A DNA stretch of 64,000 nt from Treponemataceae bacterium. Its GTDB lineage: Bacteria > Spirochaetota > Spirochaetia > Treponematales > Rectinemataceae. The position numbers and the translations under genes are program-made. This document shows, one piece after another, positions 1-8,742 of the stretch. The stretch's first letter is position 1. Each line of letters begins with the position of its first letter. The notes beneath the pieces were generated by a model. It worked only from the letters and a program-made list of their open reading frames with translations. It was not told where the DNA came from and did no database searches. The DNA lies in the NCBI GenBank assembly GCA_963678065.2, contig CAXXVZ010000005.1:1-64000 (forward strand), read 5' to 3'.

Positions 1-349
1 CGGGGTCGCCCGCGAGCGCTTCCTGCAGGATACGGGCGCAGGCCTCTCCCGCGCCGCCATGGTTGGTTCCTATCGCCGCGATACCGGTCGCCACGGCTGT
101 GGCGAGAGGCGCGCCGCAGCTGGCCGTCGCCCTCGCGACGTGGATGGAGGGAGCGTTCGGGCCGTGATCGACGGCGCTCACGAGGATGGCTTCGATCATG
201 CGGGCCGTCGCGCGGTCCGGAAGCTCTCCTCGCAACATGAGGTGGACGACCTCGGCGAATGAAGCGCCGGCCATGAGTTCGGTCAGCGCGTATCCGCGTA
301 TCCGTACGCCTTCGGATGTAGCGACGGAAATGCCTGTCCGCACGCTCAT
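1..349 (-). CDS. Citryl-CoA lyase / citrate synthase-fold protein (only the 5' part is in the window; runs off the window start)
   Basis: Hand translation from ATG at 349: MSVRTGISVATSEGVRIRGYALTELM...ILVSAVDHGPNAPS...IGTNHGGAGE. It has the IRGY, DHG and HGGA citrate-synthase-family motifs. ATGA overlap with the upstream stop at 346-348. Absent from the supplied ORF track. Confidence 0.8.
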   Translation of the reverse strand, partial: MSVRTGISVATSEGVRIRGYALTELMAGASFAEVVHLMLRGELPDRATARMIEAILVSAVDHGPNAPSIHVARATASCGAPLATAVATGIAAIGTNHGGAGEACARILQEALAGDP

Positions 350-2805
350 ACCTGCGCCTCCCCGACCCGCGCGTCCAGCGCGAATCCGCCCGAACCTTCG
401 TCGAAGACGACGAAGGGATTGAGGTCTACCGACTGAATTCGCCCGCCCTTCGCGAGCATGAGATTCCCGAGTCCGACGAGGGCGTCGAGTAGTGCGCCCA
501 TGTCGGCGGGTTTCGCGCCGCGCGCCCCCGCGAGGATCGGCCAGACCGCGTTCCGCTTCACGAAGAGGGCGGCCTCTTTTCTGTCGAAGGGGGGACGGAG
601 GAAATCGACTCCGCCGAGAAGCTCGACGAAGATGCCGCCGGGGCCGAAGGCCACGACGGGGCCGAACTGCGCGTCGACCTGGGCGCCGATGAAGACTTCC
701 CGGCCGCCGCGGACCATGGGTTGGACAAGGAAGCCCTCGGGGCGGCAGTCCTCAGGAATGCGCGAGAGCATGCCGAGGGCTGATGCCCCGACCTCCTCCG
801 GGCTGTCGAGATCGAGGGCCACGAGGCCTGAGTCGCTCTTGTGGCTGAATCCGGGCGCGAGGAGTTTGAGGACGACGGAAGCGCATCGCGTTCCACTCTT
901 TCCTGCCCTGTCACAGTCAGCGGCGAGCCGTGCGGAAACCGCGCCCCGGCTGAAAAGCGGCGATGCCGCCTCCGCCGCCAGAGCCGCGAGCGCGGCGCCA
1001 GGATCGACGACCTCGCAGCAGCCGGGGGGTATGAAACCCGCCCGCGAATGAACGAACCCCGGAGCAGAGCTCCGAGGTATCGTTCGTTCTGTAAGGAATG
1101 GATTGTATGCTGGTCCATACCCGATAGTCACCTCACAAGAAGAGCGAAGCAGAGCTTCGGGGTATGGACCAGCATGCGAATCATCCTGCCCCGTACCCGG
1201 TCCGCCTGCCGGAATGAAAACACTCTCCACAAAGGGAATACCGAATGTGCGAAAAAGACTCTGAGCAGCTTCATGCCCAAGCATGCCTTTCTCCGCCGGG
1301 CCTGTCGGCTTCGGCACGCCGTCAGCGCAGTCGCCGCCGCGGCCACGACTTTCCGAAGGCTCCGGGGTCGACTGCGAGGCCAGCCCGGCCGCGCGCCACT
1401 CTTCTGTGAACCTGCGCCAGGCGCAAAGGCGGCCGAGCGCGCGCACGCAGGGTCCCGGCGAATCGAACACGGGAATGCCCGCATCCCGCAGCGTCTGAAG
1501 CGCGCTCTTCGCGCCCGATCCTCCGCCATCCGCCGGCAGCGTCGGTCCGACCCAGACGACGAACACGGGTTTTCCGAACTCCGAGCGCGCCGCGATGAGG
1601 CTCCGCGCTGTCTCCAGCTCCACGTCCCTGTTCGGGTTCTTGGCGAAGAGGAGCACGGCCGCGTCGATCCTCTCGTGCCCGAGGAAAGGGGCCAGAGTGT
1701 CCCGCACCGCACTTCCCCGCATCCTGTCACCGCCGAAGTCGGCCGGATTGAGGATGGGCCCCTGCACCGAGCCCTGTCCGGGACCGAGTTCGGGAGGAAA
1801 GGGCTCTGGCTCGATGCCCGCGGATTTCGCGAGATCGCCGGCGAGAGATCCGAGGCCTCCCGACTGGGTGATCCAGGCGATGCGGTCCAGCGGAGAGTCC
1901 GCAGCCGCACAGGCCACGAGGGAAGTGGCGACCATATCTTCGATATCGTCGACGAGGATGATTCCGTACTGCCGGCAGATCGCCTCGAAGACCCTGCCTT
2001 CTCCAGCGAGGGCCGCCGTGTGCGTCGCCGCGAGTTTCCTGCCGAGCTCCGTGCGGCCCGACTTGATCGCGATCACGGGTTTTCCGGCCGCGAGGCATTT
2101 TTTGACCGCGTCGACGAACTCGCCGCCGTCGGGCATGCCTTCGATGAAGGCCGCGGCCACCGTGGTCGCCGCGTCCGATGCGAAGTACGAGAGGAAATCA
2201 GAAAGCCTGAATCCGGCCTGGTTGCCCACCGAGACGAGGGCGCGAAGACCCGCGCCCCGCTCGGCGAAAGCTCCGTGGAGGGCCATCATGAGCGCGCCGC
2301 TCTGCGAGACAAAGGAGATTCCTCCCGGCGCTGCGCGCGAATACAGCCGCGCGGCGATGACATTTCCGGCCACGTTGGCGAAGCCCGCGCAGTTCGGACC
2401 GAGAATGTGTATCCTGTCCCCGAAGGCTTCGATTTCCTCCTGCAGGGCCCGCCCCCCGGCTCCGGCCTCCGCGAATCCTGCGCTGATGACGACTGCCTGC
2501 CGGATACCCGCGTCGACGCAGTCCGCGAGCACTCCGGGCACTGCGGCCGCCGGGACCGTGATGACGGCGAGGTCGGCCTTCCCCCCGCCTTCGTCTTCCG
2601 GCCGCACCGGAAGATCGGCGAGAGAGGCGAGGCAGGCATGTCCGAAGACCTCGCTCCGCCTCGGGTTCACGGCGTACAGAGTCACCGGCGAGGCCGCGAG
2701 GCTTTTGAAAATATCGGCGGGGTAGATCCCCGATTCCGAGGCGCCGACATGGACGACAACGCGCGGAGAGAGGAGGTCGGCGAGGGCGGATATCCTGTCT
2801 TTCAT
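346..2805 (-). CDS. ADP-forming acetate/acyl-CoA ligase (CoA-binding + ATP-grasp fusion) carrying a 44-aa mobile-element insert
   Basis: Motifs VGAS, VISAGFAE, ILGPNC, SQSGAL, SVGNQA, KSGRT..ATHTAAL (phospho-His), HKSD, FGPVVAFGPGG, DLNP. Start reassigned to MKDRIS at 2805 (ATGA overlap with the upstream gene). Confidence 0.88.
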   Translation of the reverse strand: MKDRISALADLLSPRVVVHVGASESGIYPADIFKSLAASPVTLYAVNPRRSEVFGHACLASLADLPVRPEDEGGGKADLAVITVPAAAVPGVLADCVDAGIRQAVVISAGFAEAGAGGRALQEEIEAFGDRIHILGPNCAGFANVAGNVIAARLYSRAAPGGISFVSQSGALMMALHGAFAERGAGLRALVSVGNQAGFRLSDFLSYFASDAATTVAAAFIEGMPDGGEFVDAVKKCLAAGKPVIAIKSGRTELGRKLAATHTAALAGEGRVFEAICRQYGIILVDDIEDMVATSLVACAAADSPLDRIAWITQSGGLGSLAGDLAKSAGIEPEPFPPELGPGQGSVQGPILNPADFGGDRMRGSAVRDTLAPFLGHERIDAAVLLFAKNPNRDVELETARSLIAARSEFGKPVFVVWVGPTLPADGGGSGAKSALQTLRDAGIPVFDSPGPCVRALGRLCAWRRFTEEWRAAGLASQSTPEPSESRGRGGDCADGVPKPTGPAEKGMLGHEAAQSLFRTFGIPFVESVFIPAGGPGTGQDDSHAGPYPEALLRSSCEVTIGYGPAYNPFLTERTIPRSSAPGFVHSRAGFIPPGCCEVVDPGAALAALAAEAASPLFSRGAVSARLAADCDRAGKSGTRCASVVLKLLAPGFSHKSDSGLVALDLDSPEEVGASALGMLSRIPEDCRPEGFLVQPMVRGGREVFIGAQVDAQFGPVVAFGPGGIFVELLGGVDFLRPPFDRKEAALFVKRNAVWPILAGARGAKPADMGALLDALVGLGNLMLAKGGRIQSVDLNPFVVFDEGSGGFALDARVGEAQV
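1048..1179 (-). mobile_element. 132-bp palindromic non-autonomous element (IS200/IS605-type MITE/PATE-like), copy 1
   Basis: 126/132 identical to 47170-47301. Two subterminal hairpins. On the minus strand it is preceded by TGAT and ends in TTCAT. Confidence 0.85.
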
Positions 2806-3812
2806 GGCGCCCTCGAGCCCCCGTTCGCGGCGCAGGAGAGGGCGACGAGTTCGTCGGCGAGGTCGAGGAGGTCTTCGTCCGCGCTGAAGTCGAGGCAGAC
2901 GCCCGACGCGCGCCTGATCTGTCCGACCCAGCTTTCCGGAATGACCTCTATTCCATGGAGCGCGCCCGCGAGAGAGCAGACGAGGCCGGAAATCGTGTCG
3001 GCGTCGCGGCCGAAATTGGCGCTCCACAGGAGGCCCCGTCTGAAGTCTCCGCCGGTGAGTCGGAAGATGGCGTAGACCTGGGGGATAGCCTCGGCGGCCG
3101 TCGCGTGTTCAGGCGTCCAGAGCTTCGTGTGCAGATCCTCGAAGGCGATCTCGATGTCGGGCTTCGCGTCGCAGATTTGCATCGCGATGTCCATCATGCG
3201 CGCCATCCACGAGCCGGAGGGCATGCGCGCCCGGCCCGCCGCGACGATCTCGTCGACGGAGCCGTCGGCCATGGCGACGGCGACGCTCGCCGCGACGGCC
3301 TGGGCCGCGTAGATTCCGTCACGGTCGTGGCTGATGCAGGCGTCGACGGCCGCGAGGGCCGCGGCCCCTTCAGGGTCGCCGGCGCGGAAGACACCCACGG
3401 GACTGATCCGCATCGCGGCCCCATCGTCGGTGTTCATGACATTGTAGCGGCCGGACTCGGGCGGCAAGAGCCCGCGCCCGAGATTCTCGATGGCGCCGTA
3501 GAGGGGACGTCCCGCGCGTTTTTTCGCGCCGCCCCGGTCCAGGATGTATTTTTTCCACGCTGCGTACACATCGGCCGTCGTCGGCGCGCCCGCCGAATCG
3601 ATGAGGCAGCGGGCCGTGAGCACGCCGAACTCGGTGTCGTCGGTGCTCTTCGCGTCAGGGTACATGTTCGTGACGATGCCGTAGCGGGAACGGTAATCCT
3701 GACTGCGACCGATGTCGCCCATGGCATCTCCGACGCCGAGCCCCGCAAGGCATCCGCGAGCCTTCGACGTATACCGGGGACGGTTCGACAAAACCTCTTT
3801 CCGCTCAATCAT
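2802..3812 (-). CDS. ADP-ribosylglycohydrolase family protein
   Basis: GLGVGDAMG, STDDT, DGAAMRISPVG, GRDADT motifs. Confidence 0.9.
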   Translation of the reverse strand: MIERKEVLSNRPRYTSKARGCLAGLGVGDAMGDIGRSQDYRSRYGIVTNMYPDAKSTDDTEFGVLTARCLIDSAGAPTTADVYAAWKKYILDRGGAKKRAGRPLYGAIENLGRGLLPPESGRYNVMNTDDGAAMRISPVGVFRAGDPEGAAALAAVDACISHDRDGIYAAQAVAASVAVAMADGSVDEIVAAGRARMPSGSWMARMMDIAMQICDAKPDIEIAFEDLHTKLWTPEHATAAEAIPQVYAIFRLTGGDFRRGLLWSANFGRDADTISGLVCSLAGALHGIEVIPESWVGQIRRASGVCLDFSADEDLLDLADELVALSCAANGGSRAP

Positions 3813-4836
3813 GGTCCTTCATCCTTCTGTCGGCGACGCTCTCCCTCGTGACGAGGGTGCCGGGGTAGAGATGTTTTTCGGGATGCCTCGAGGGCTCCCT
3901 GATGCGCGCGAGAAGCAATTCCGCCGCCTTCCTTCCCATCTCGCCGCGCGGCTTGCGGATGGTCGTGAGCGCAGGCCAGGTGAGAGCGGCGGCGGGGATG
4001 TCGTCCATGCCGATGATGGAGATATCCCGGCCGGGCTCGACTCCACGCCCCCTGAGGGCGTTCTGCAGGGAAATCGCGAGGATGTCGTTTCCGCAGAGCA
4101 CGGCGCCGATCCTGTTCTTCCAGTCCGACACCGCGAGGATGTCGTCGGCGAGTTTTTCGCCCCCTTCCGCCGAGAGGTGGGCCGTGAAAACGAGGGCCGG
4201 GTCCTCGGGAATGCCATGCGTCGCGAGGAAATCCGAATAGGCGCTGTAACGGCGGGAGAGATAGCGCTCGCTCCCCGTCTCGCTCGTGACGACGGCGATG
4301 CGGCGGTGTCCCATATCGTGGAGGTACTGGAGGGCCACCGTTGCCGCGCTGTAGGTCGCCGTACCGACCGTGTCGATCTCCGTGGCCTCGCTCCGCTCGC
4401 CGATGAGGACGGCGGGAATTCCCGTCTCGAGGATGAGCCCGATCCTGTCAGTCACGCTGTTGATGATGAGCCCGTCGAAGCGTCCCGTGGAGGAAAGGTT
4501 GAGGTAGGAGAGTTCCCTCTCCTCGTTCCAATCCGTGTTTCCGACGACGACGGAGTAGCCCTCGGGCTCGAGCCTGTCCTGCACGGCGCGGGCTATCTCC
4601 GACCAGAAGGGGTTGGCGATGTCGGGGACGACGAGAAGCGCGAGGTAGGACTTCGAGTTGCGCAGTCCGGCCGCGAATGTGTTGCGCGTGTAGCCGAGCT
4701 CGCGGATGGCGGCGTCGACCGCCTCCTTCGCCTTCCGGCTCACGGAACCGCCCGAATCCGAGATCACGCGCGACACCGTGCTCTTGGAGACGCCTGCGAG
4801 ACGGGCGACTTCGTGGATGTTTATTTTCGGCTTCAT
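3805..4836 (-). CDS. LacI-family transcriptional regulator
   Basis: IHEVARLAGVSKSTVSRV HTH, PDIANPF, GMDD, PALTT. Start set at MKPKINI (4836). Confidence 0.93.
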   Translation of the reverse strand: MKPKINIHEVARLAGVSKSTVSRVISDSGGSVSRKAKEAVDAAIRELGYTRNTFAAGLRNSKSYLALLVVPDIANPFWSEIARAVQDRLEPEGYSVVVGNTDWNEERELSYLNLSSTGRFDGLIINSVTDRIGLILETGIPAVLIGERSEATEIDTVGTATYSAATVALQYLHDMGHRRIAVVTSETGSERYLSRRYSAYSDFLATHGIPEDPALVFTAHLSAEGGEKLADDILAVSDWKNRIGAVLCGNDILAISLQNALRGRGVEPGRDISIIGMDDIPAAALTWPALTTIRKPRGEMGRKAAELLLARIREPSRHPEKHLYPGTLVTRESVADRRMKDHD

Positions 4837-4838
4837 AT

Positions 4839-4858
4839 TTTTGGGAACGTTCCCAAAA
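4839..4858. promoter_or_regulatory. LacI-type operator (perfect 20-bp palindrome TTTTGGGAACGTTCCCAAAA)
   Basis: Perfect inverted repeat with central CG, lying between the predicted promoter and the LacI start codon. Confidence 0.8.
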
Positions 4859-4861
4859 CAG

Positions 4862-4890
4862 ACTATAGCACGATTCCCGGATTTCTGCAA
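4862..4890 (-). promoter_or_regulatory. Sigma70-type promoter of the LacI operon
   Basis: Minus strand TTGCAG-17 bp-TATAGT with an extended TG. Confidence 0.6.
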
Positions 4891-4953
4891 GGGAAATAGC
4901 TCACAAGCAAAACCGAAAACCGCAGGTGAAATAAACCGGTTGCCTTCCCTGTT

Positions 4954-6039
4954 TTACAGACTGAGTTCCGACAATCCCATCACACCGCATCCAGCCCCTG
5001 CCCCGATGGCGATCTCCCCACGGACGAGACTGTGGCAACTCTCAGCCATCTCCGGCTGGCTCGCGAAACAGGTGAGATCGCAACTCAGGCTCTCAGGCAG
5101 AACGGCGGCCAAATGCAGGCAATGCGCCGCTCCGAGTTGCGTATCGAAAACGCTGGTGACGACACAGCGAATCCCGGCCGCTTTCGCGATGGCGGCGACA
5201 TCGAGGGCCGGCTTCAGCCCGCCGAGCTTTATGAGTTTGATGATGAAAACATCGACGCAATGATCTTTCGCCAAGACAAGGGCATCGTGCACGCTGCCCA
5301 GACTTTCATCGGCAGCGATGCGCACACCGGATGTTTCGCGCAACGTTCGAAGCCCCCGCGCGTCATCGCGGTTCAAGGGCTGTTCGAAGAATTCCAGATG
5401 CTCGCCCTCGAGTGATCCCAACACCCGCCGCGCGGTGGGAAAATCGTAGCCTTGGTTGGCGTCGACTCTGAGGTTCACGGCGCCGCCCAACGCCTCGCGC
5501 ACGGCCTTGATCCGCCGGATATCCTCGTCGGCCTCGCGGCCCGCTTTCAGCTTCAACGTCGTATAACCTTCGGCGGCATACGTTCGCGCCAGGCGCACCG
5601 CTTCGTCCTCCGAGGTGATGCCGATGTGCCGGTTCACACCGACGCGGCCGCGGCACAAGCCGCCAAGAAGGACATACTCAGGGACGCCCAAGGCGTGCGC
5701 GGTCAGGTCGTAGAGCGCCATGTCCGCGGCCGCTTTGGCCGCCGCGTTTCCATAGATGGCGGCGTCCATGCGCCGGTGGGCTTCGGTTATGTCCCCGCTC
5801 TCCATCCCGATGAGCGCGGGCAGCAATTCCTCTTCGAGGATGACCCTGATGGAGGAAGCCGTCTCTCCCGTGAAATCGGGAAGCGGGGTCGCCTCCCCCC
5901 AGCCTTTCGCGCCATCGCGGCCGGTCAGGCGAACCAGGACATGCGGGAAGATCTCTTCCGCCGGCCCGTAGGTCGTGGCGAGCATGGATGAGGCTGACCG
6001 TCTGATGATGAAGACCACAAAGCTCTCAATGATCGACAT
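4954..6039 (-). CDS. Mandelate racemase/muconate lactonizing enzyme family (dipeptide epimerase or N-acyl-amino-acid racemase-like)
   Basis: GWGEA, KLK, DANQG, EQP, ADES, KLIKLGG motifs. Start MSIIES at 6039 with a GGAG RBS. Confidence 0.85.
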   Translation of the reverse strand: MSIIESFVVFIIRRSASSMLATTYGPAEEIFPHVLVRLTGRDGAKGWGEATPLPDFTGETASSIRVILEEELLPALIGMESGDITEAHRRMDAAIYGNAAAKAAADMALYDLTAHALGVPEYVLLGGLCRGRVGVNRHIGITSEDEAVRLARTYAAEGYTTLKLKAGREADEDIRRIKAVREALGGAVNLRVDANQGYDFPTARRVLGSLEGEHLEFFEQPLNRDDARGLRTLRETSGVRIAADESLGSVHDALVLAKDHCVDVFIIKLIKLGGLKPALDVAAIAKAAGIRCVVTSVFDTQLGAAHCLHLAAVLPESLSCDLTCFASQPEMAESCHSLVRGEIAIGAGAGCGVMGLSELSL

Positions 6040-6158
6040 CGCGTTTCTCCGGTTGAAAAAGGGGAAAAAGGAAAAGTACATGCAATGGCAAGGCGGAGGC
6101 CAAACGAAGAAAAGAATGGCTGACCCATATTCCAGCGAAACATCGGCCAGCCACGCGA

Positions 6159-6205
6159 ATGAACGCCCCCCGCAGCAGGGCTGCGAGGTATGGCCCCGCC
6201 TGCGA
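6159..6205 (-). mobile_element. 47-bp single-hairpin member of the same palindromic element family
   Basis: Minus strand TGAT|TCGCAGGCGGGGCCATACCTCGCAGCCCTGCTGCGGGGGGCGTTCAT|TCGCG. Same ends as the 132-bp copies, one hairpin, located just after the SBP stop codon. Confidence 0.75.
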
Positions 6206-6210
6206 ATCAC

Positions 6211-7725
6211 TTATTTGTATACAACGACATTCTGGTACTTGTGGGCACCGATTTCGCTCAACGTCAGCCCCTCGACCTTCTTGTTTACGCCGACGCGCAT
6301 CGTCTCGTAATAGAGCGTGATCATTGGGCAATCCACCATCAGGATCGGATAGATCTTGTCGAGAACCGCTTTTCGGGCGCTGTCGTCCATCTGTTCCCTG
6401 CTTTTAAGAATCAGCGCGTTCACTTCGGGATTGTTGTAGCGGGAATAATTGCTCATCGACGACGGATCGAAATTGCTGAAGAGGTTGTAGTCCGCGTCGC
6501 CCACGAGATTGTTGTAATAGGATACGGCCATATCGAAATCTTGATTGGATTGGATCCTGTTCTGCATGGTGGCCTGCTTCATCACCTCGATCTTCACGTT
6601 GATCCCGATGTCCAAAAGCTGACTCTGCAGGACGGTACAGATTTCGATGAAAGTCTGATCCTCTTCCACCCATATCGAGCAGTCGAAGCCTTTCTCGAAG
6701 CCCGCTTCTTTCAGCAACGCCTTGGCTTTCTTGACATCGTAGGATGGACCGTGGATTTTATCGTTGTATCCGAAGGCGGCCGGAGGAACGGGGAGGTCGC
6801 CCGCCTGTCCGAGATTGTTGAGCACTCCCTCGACGATCGCTTCCTTGTCGATCGCGTAAGCTATAGCCTGGCGGACGAGCTTGTTGCCGGTGGGGCCTTT
6901 CGACTTGGTGTTCAAGTTGATGCTGATGGCTTTCATCGATTCGCCTTTGAGAAGCGCGACGTTCTTTCCCTTTTCGATTCTTTTCACATCATTGGGTGGA
7001 ATGTCGTAGGCGACGTCGATCTCCCCGGTCTCCAGCATGATGCTCCGCTGCGTGCTCTCGGGAACCACTTTCATCACCAGATACTTCGTCTTGGCTTTTT
7101 CCCCATAATAGTCGGAAAAAGCTTCGAGCTTGCAGTAATTGTCCGGCTTCCATTCGACGAACTTGTAAGGTCCCGTGCCGACAGGGTTCAAGGCGAACTT
7201 CGCGGGATCTGCCTCCACGACTTTCTTGGGCACGATGGCGCAGACTGGGGTGGTAAGCGCGGCCAGGACAGGGGCATAGGGATACTTTGTCTTGAGGATC
7301 ACGGTGTAGGGATCCACGACGGTGGCCGAGTCGAGGAAGGAGATGTTGTTCGCGACGATCGGTGTTTTCTGCATCCTCTCGAAGCTGAACTTCACATCCT
7401 CGGCGGTGAGGCGATCGCCATTGTGCCACTTCACGTCCTTGCGCAGCTTGAACTTTATTTCGGTGCTCGAAATCTTCGTCCAGCTTTCGGCGAGGCTGGG
7501 CGCGAGATTCATGTTCTTGTCGAACTTCAAGAGCTGCTCGAACATGTTGCAGGTGACAGCAAAGGCGCGCAGTTGCTTGCCGATGTGTGGGTCCAGGGAA
7601 GTGAGATCGGATCCCTGAGCGAACGTTATGGTGTCCTTTGCCGCTCCTCCCGTCGCGGCGCCGCAGACCGCGATCGGGACCAGCAGCATCAAGCCGGCCA
7701 ACAGAAAAACTGATGCTTTCTTCAT
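6211..7725 (-). CDS. Peptide/nickel ABC transporter substrate-binding protein (family 5)
   Basis: SLDPH, LAPSLAESW, FKLRKDVKWHNG, PVGTGPYKF. Signal peptide MKKASVFLLAGL. AGGAGG RBS. Confidence 0.92.
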   Translation of the reverse strand: MKKASVFLLAGLMLLVPIAVCGAATGGAAKDTITFAQGSDLTSLDPHIGKQLRAFAVTCNMFEQLLKFDKNMNLAPSLAESWTKISSTEIKFKLRKDVKWHNGDRLTAEDVKFSFERMQKTPIVANNISFLDSATVVDPYTVILKTKYPYAPVLAALTTPVCAIVPKKVVEADPAKFALNPVGTGPYKFVEWKPDNYCKLEAFSDYYGEKAKTKYLVMKVVPESTQRSIMLETGEIDVAYDIPPNDVKRIEKGKNVALLKGESMKAISINLNTKSKGPTGNKLVRQAIAYAIDKEAIVEGVLNNLGQAGDLPVPPAAFGYNDKIHGPSYDVKKAKALLKEAGFEKGFDCSIWVEEDQTFIEICTVLQSQLLDIGINVKIEVMKQATMQNRIQSNQDFDMAVSYYNNLVGDADYNLFSNFDPSSMSNYSRYNNPEVNALILKSREQMDDSARKAVLDKIYPILMVDCPMITLYYETMRVGVNKKVEGLTLSEIGAHKYQNVVVYK

Positions 7726-7764
7726 CGTACGCCTCCTGGACGTCATGGAATTATGGTTTCCCCC

Positions 7765-8742
7765 TCACTGGGGGATGCACGCGCTCTTATCCGCGAGAAT
7801 GCAGGCCACCGTGTGGCCGGGCTCTATCTCGCGCAGGGACGGCGACGCCTCCCCGCACTCGGGTCGGGCATAGATACATCGCTTGGCGAAGCGGCATCCC
7901 GGCGCGGGATTTACAGGAGAGGTGAGCTCGCCTTGAAGCACGACTCGCTGCATCCGGCTTTCCGGATCGGGAATGGGTATCGCGGAGAGCAGGGCCTGCG
8001 TGTAGGGGTGGCCGGGATTGGAGAAAAGCTGCGCGGGCGTCGCCTGCTCCACGAGTTGCCCCAGATACATCACCATGATTTGATTGGACAGATGTTTCAC
8101 CACGCTCAGATCGTGCGTGATGAACAGATAGGTGAGCCCCAGCTGTTCCTGCAAATCCTGCATCAAGTTGAGCACTTGGGCCCGGATCGATACGTCCAAC
8201 GCCGAGACCGGCTCATCGCAGACAATGAATTTGGGATTGAGGGCGAGCGCCCGGGCGATTCCGATGCGCTGGCGCCTTCCCCCATCCAACTCGTGCGGAT
8301 AGGCGTTGACCAGGCGCCTCGCGAGGCCGACGAGGTCCATCATCTCAAAGACTTTTTTCTGGATCGCTTCAGTCTGGGAAGGCTTGTATATTCCCTGGAT
8401 CAAAAGGGGAGCCGAGATAGACTGACTGATCGTCATCCGGGGATTCAGCGAAGCGTAGGGGTCCTGGAAGATTATCTGCATCTGCGTGCGCAGCGCCTTC
8501 ATCTTGCGCGCGCGATATCCGAGTATGCTCGTCCCTTCGAAGAGGACATCGCCGTCCGTCGGCTCATGCAGCCGCAGTATGGTGCGGCCGAGCGTGGATT
8601 TGCCGCAGCCGGATTCGCCCACGACGCCGAGCGTGCTGCCTTGCCCGATGGAGAAGGAGACGTCGTCGACCGCGTGCAGCATCCCTCGCTTCGTGCGGAA
8701 GTATTTTTTCAGTCGCTTGACCTGGATTATGTCATCAGCCAT
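7765..8742 (-). CDS. Peptide ABC transporter ATP-binding protein (DppF/OppF-like)
   Basis: GESGCGKST, FQDPYASLNP, CDEPVSALD, HPYT, C-terminal Cys cluster. Signature reads LDGGRRQ. Confidence 0.93.
   Translation of the reverse strand: MADDIIQVKRLKKYFRTKRGMLHAVDDVSFSIGQGSTLGVVGESGCGKSTLGRTILRLHEPTDGDVLFEGTSILGYRARKMKALRTQMQIIFQDPYASLNPRMTISQSISAPLLIQGIYKPSQTEAIQKKVFEMMDLVGLARRLVNAYPHELDGGRRQRIGIARALALNPKFIVCDEPVSALDVSIRAQVLNLMQDLQEQLGLTYLFITHDLSVVKHLSNQIMVMYLGQLVEQATPAQLFSNPGHPYTQALLSAIPIPDPESRMQRVVLQGELTSPVNPAPGCRFAKRCIYARPECGEASPSLREIEPGHTVACILADKSACIPQ

Noticed and set aside
1048..1179. The element as a self-splicing intron/IStron, an intein or a TnpB guide-RNA locus
   Set aside because: It is too short for a group I intron core and has no intein terminal residues, and no tnpB lies nearby. 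A derived RNA role cannot be excluded but nothing here supports it.
841..3075. Long plus-strand ORFs antisense to real genes (for example 841-3075, 31793-33571, 36783-39344, 6190-7713)
   Set aside because: They are shadow ORFs typical of high-GC coding DNA. They have no family motifs, and the opposite strand carries clear genes.
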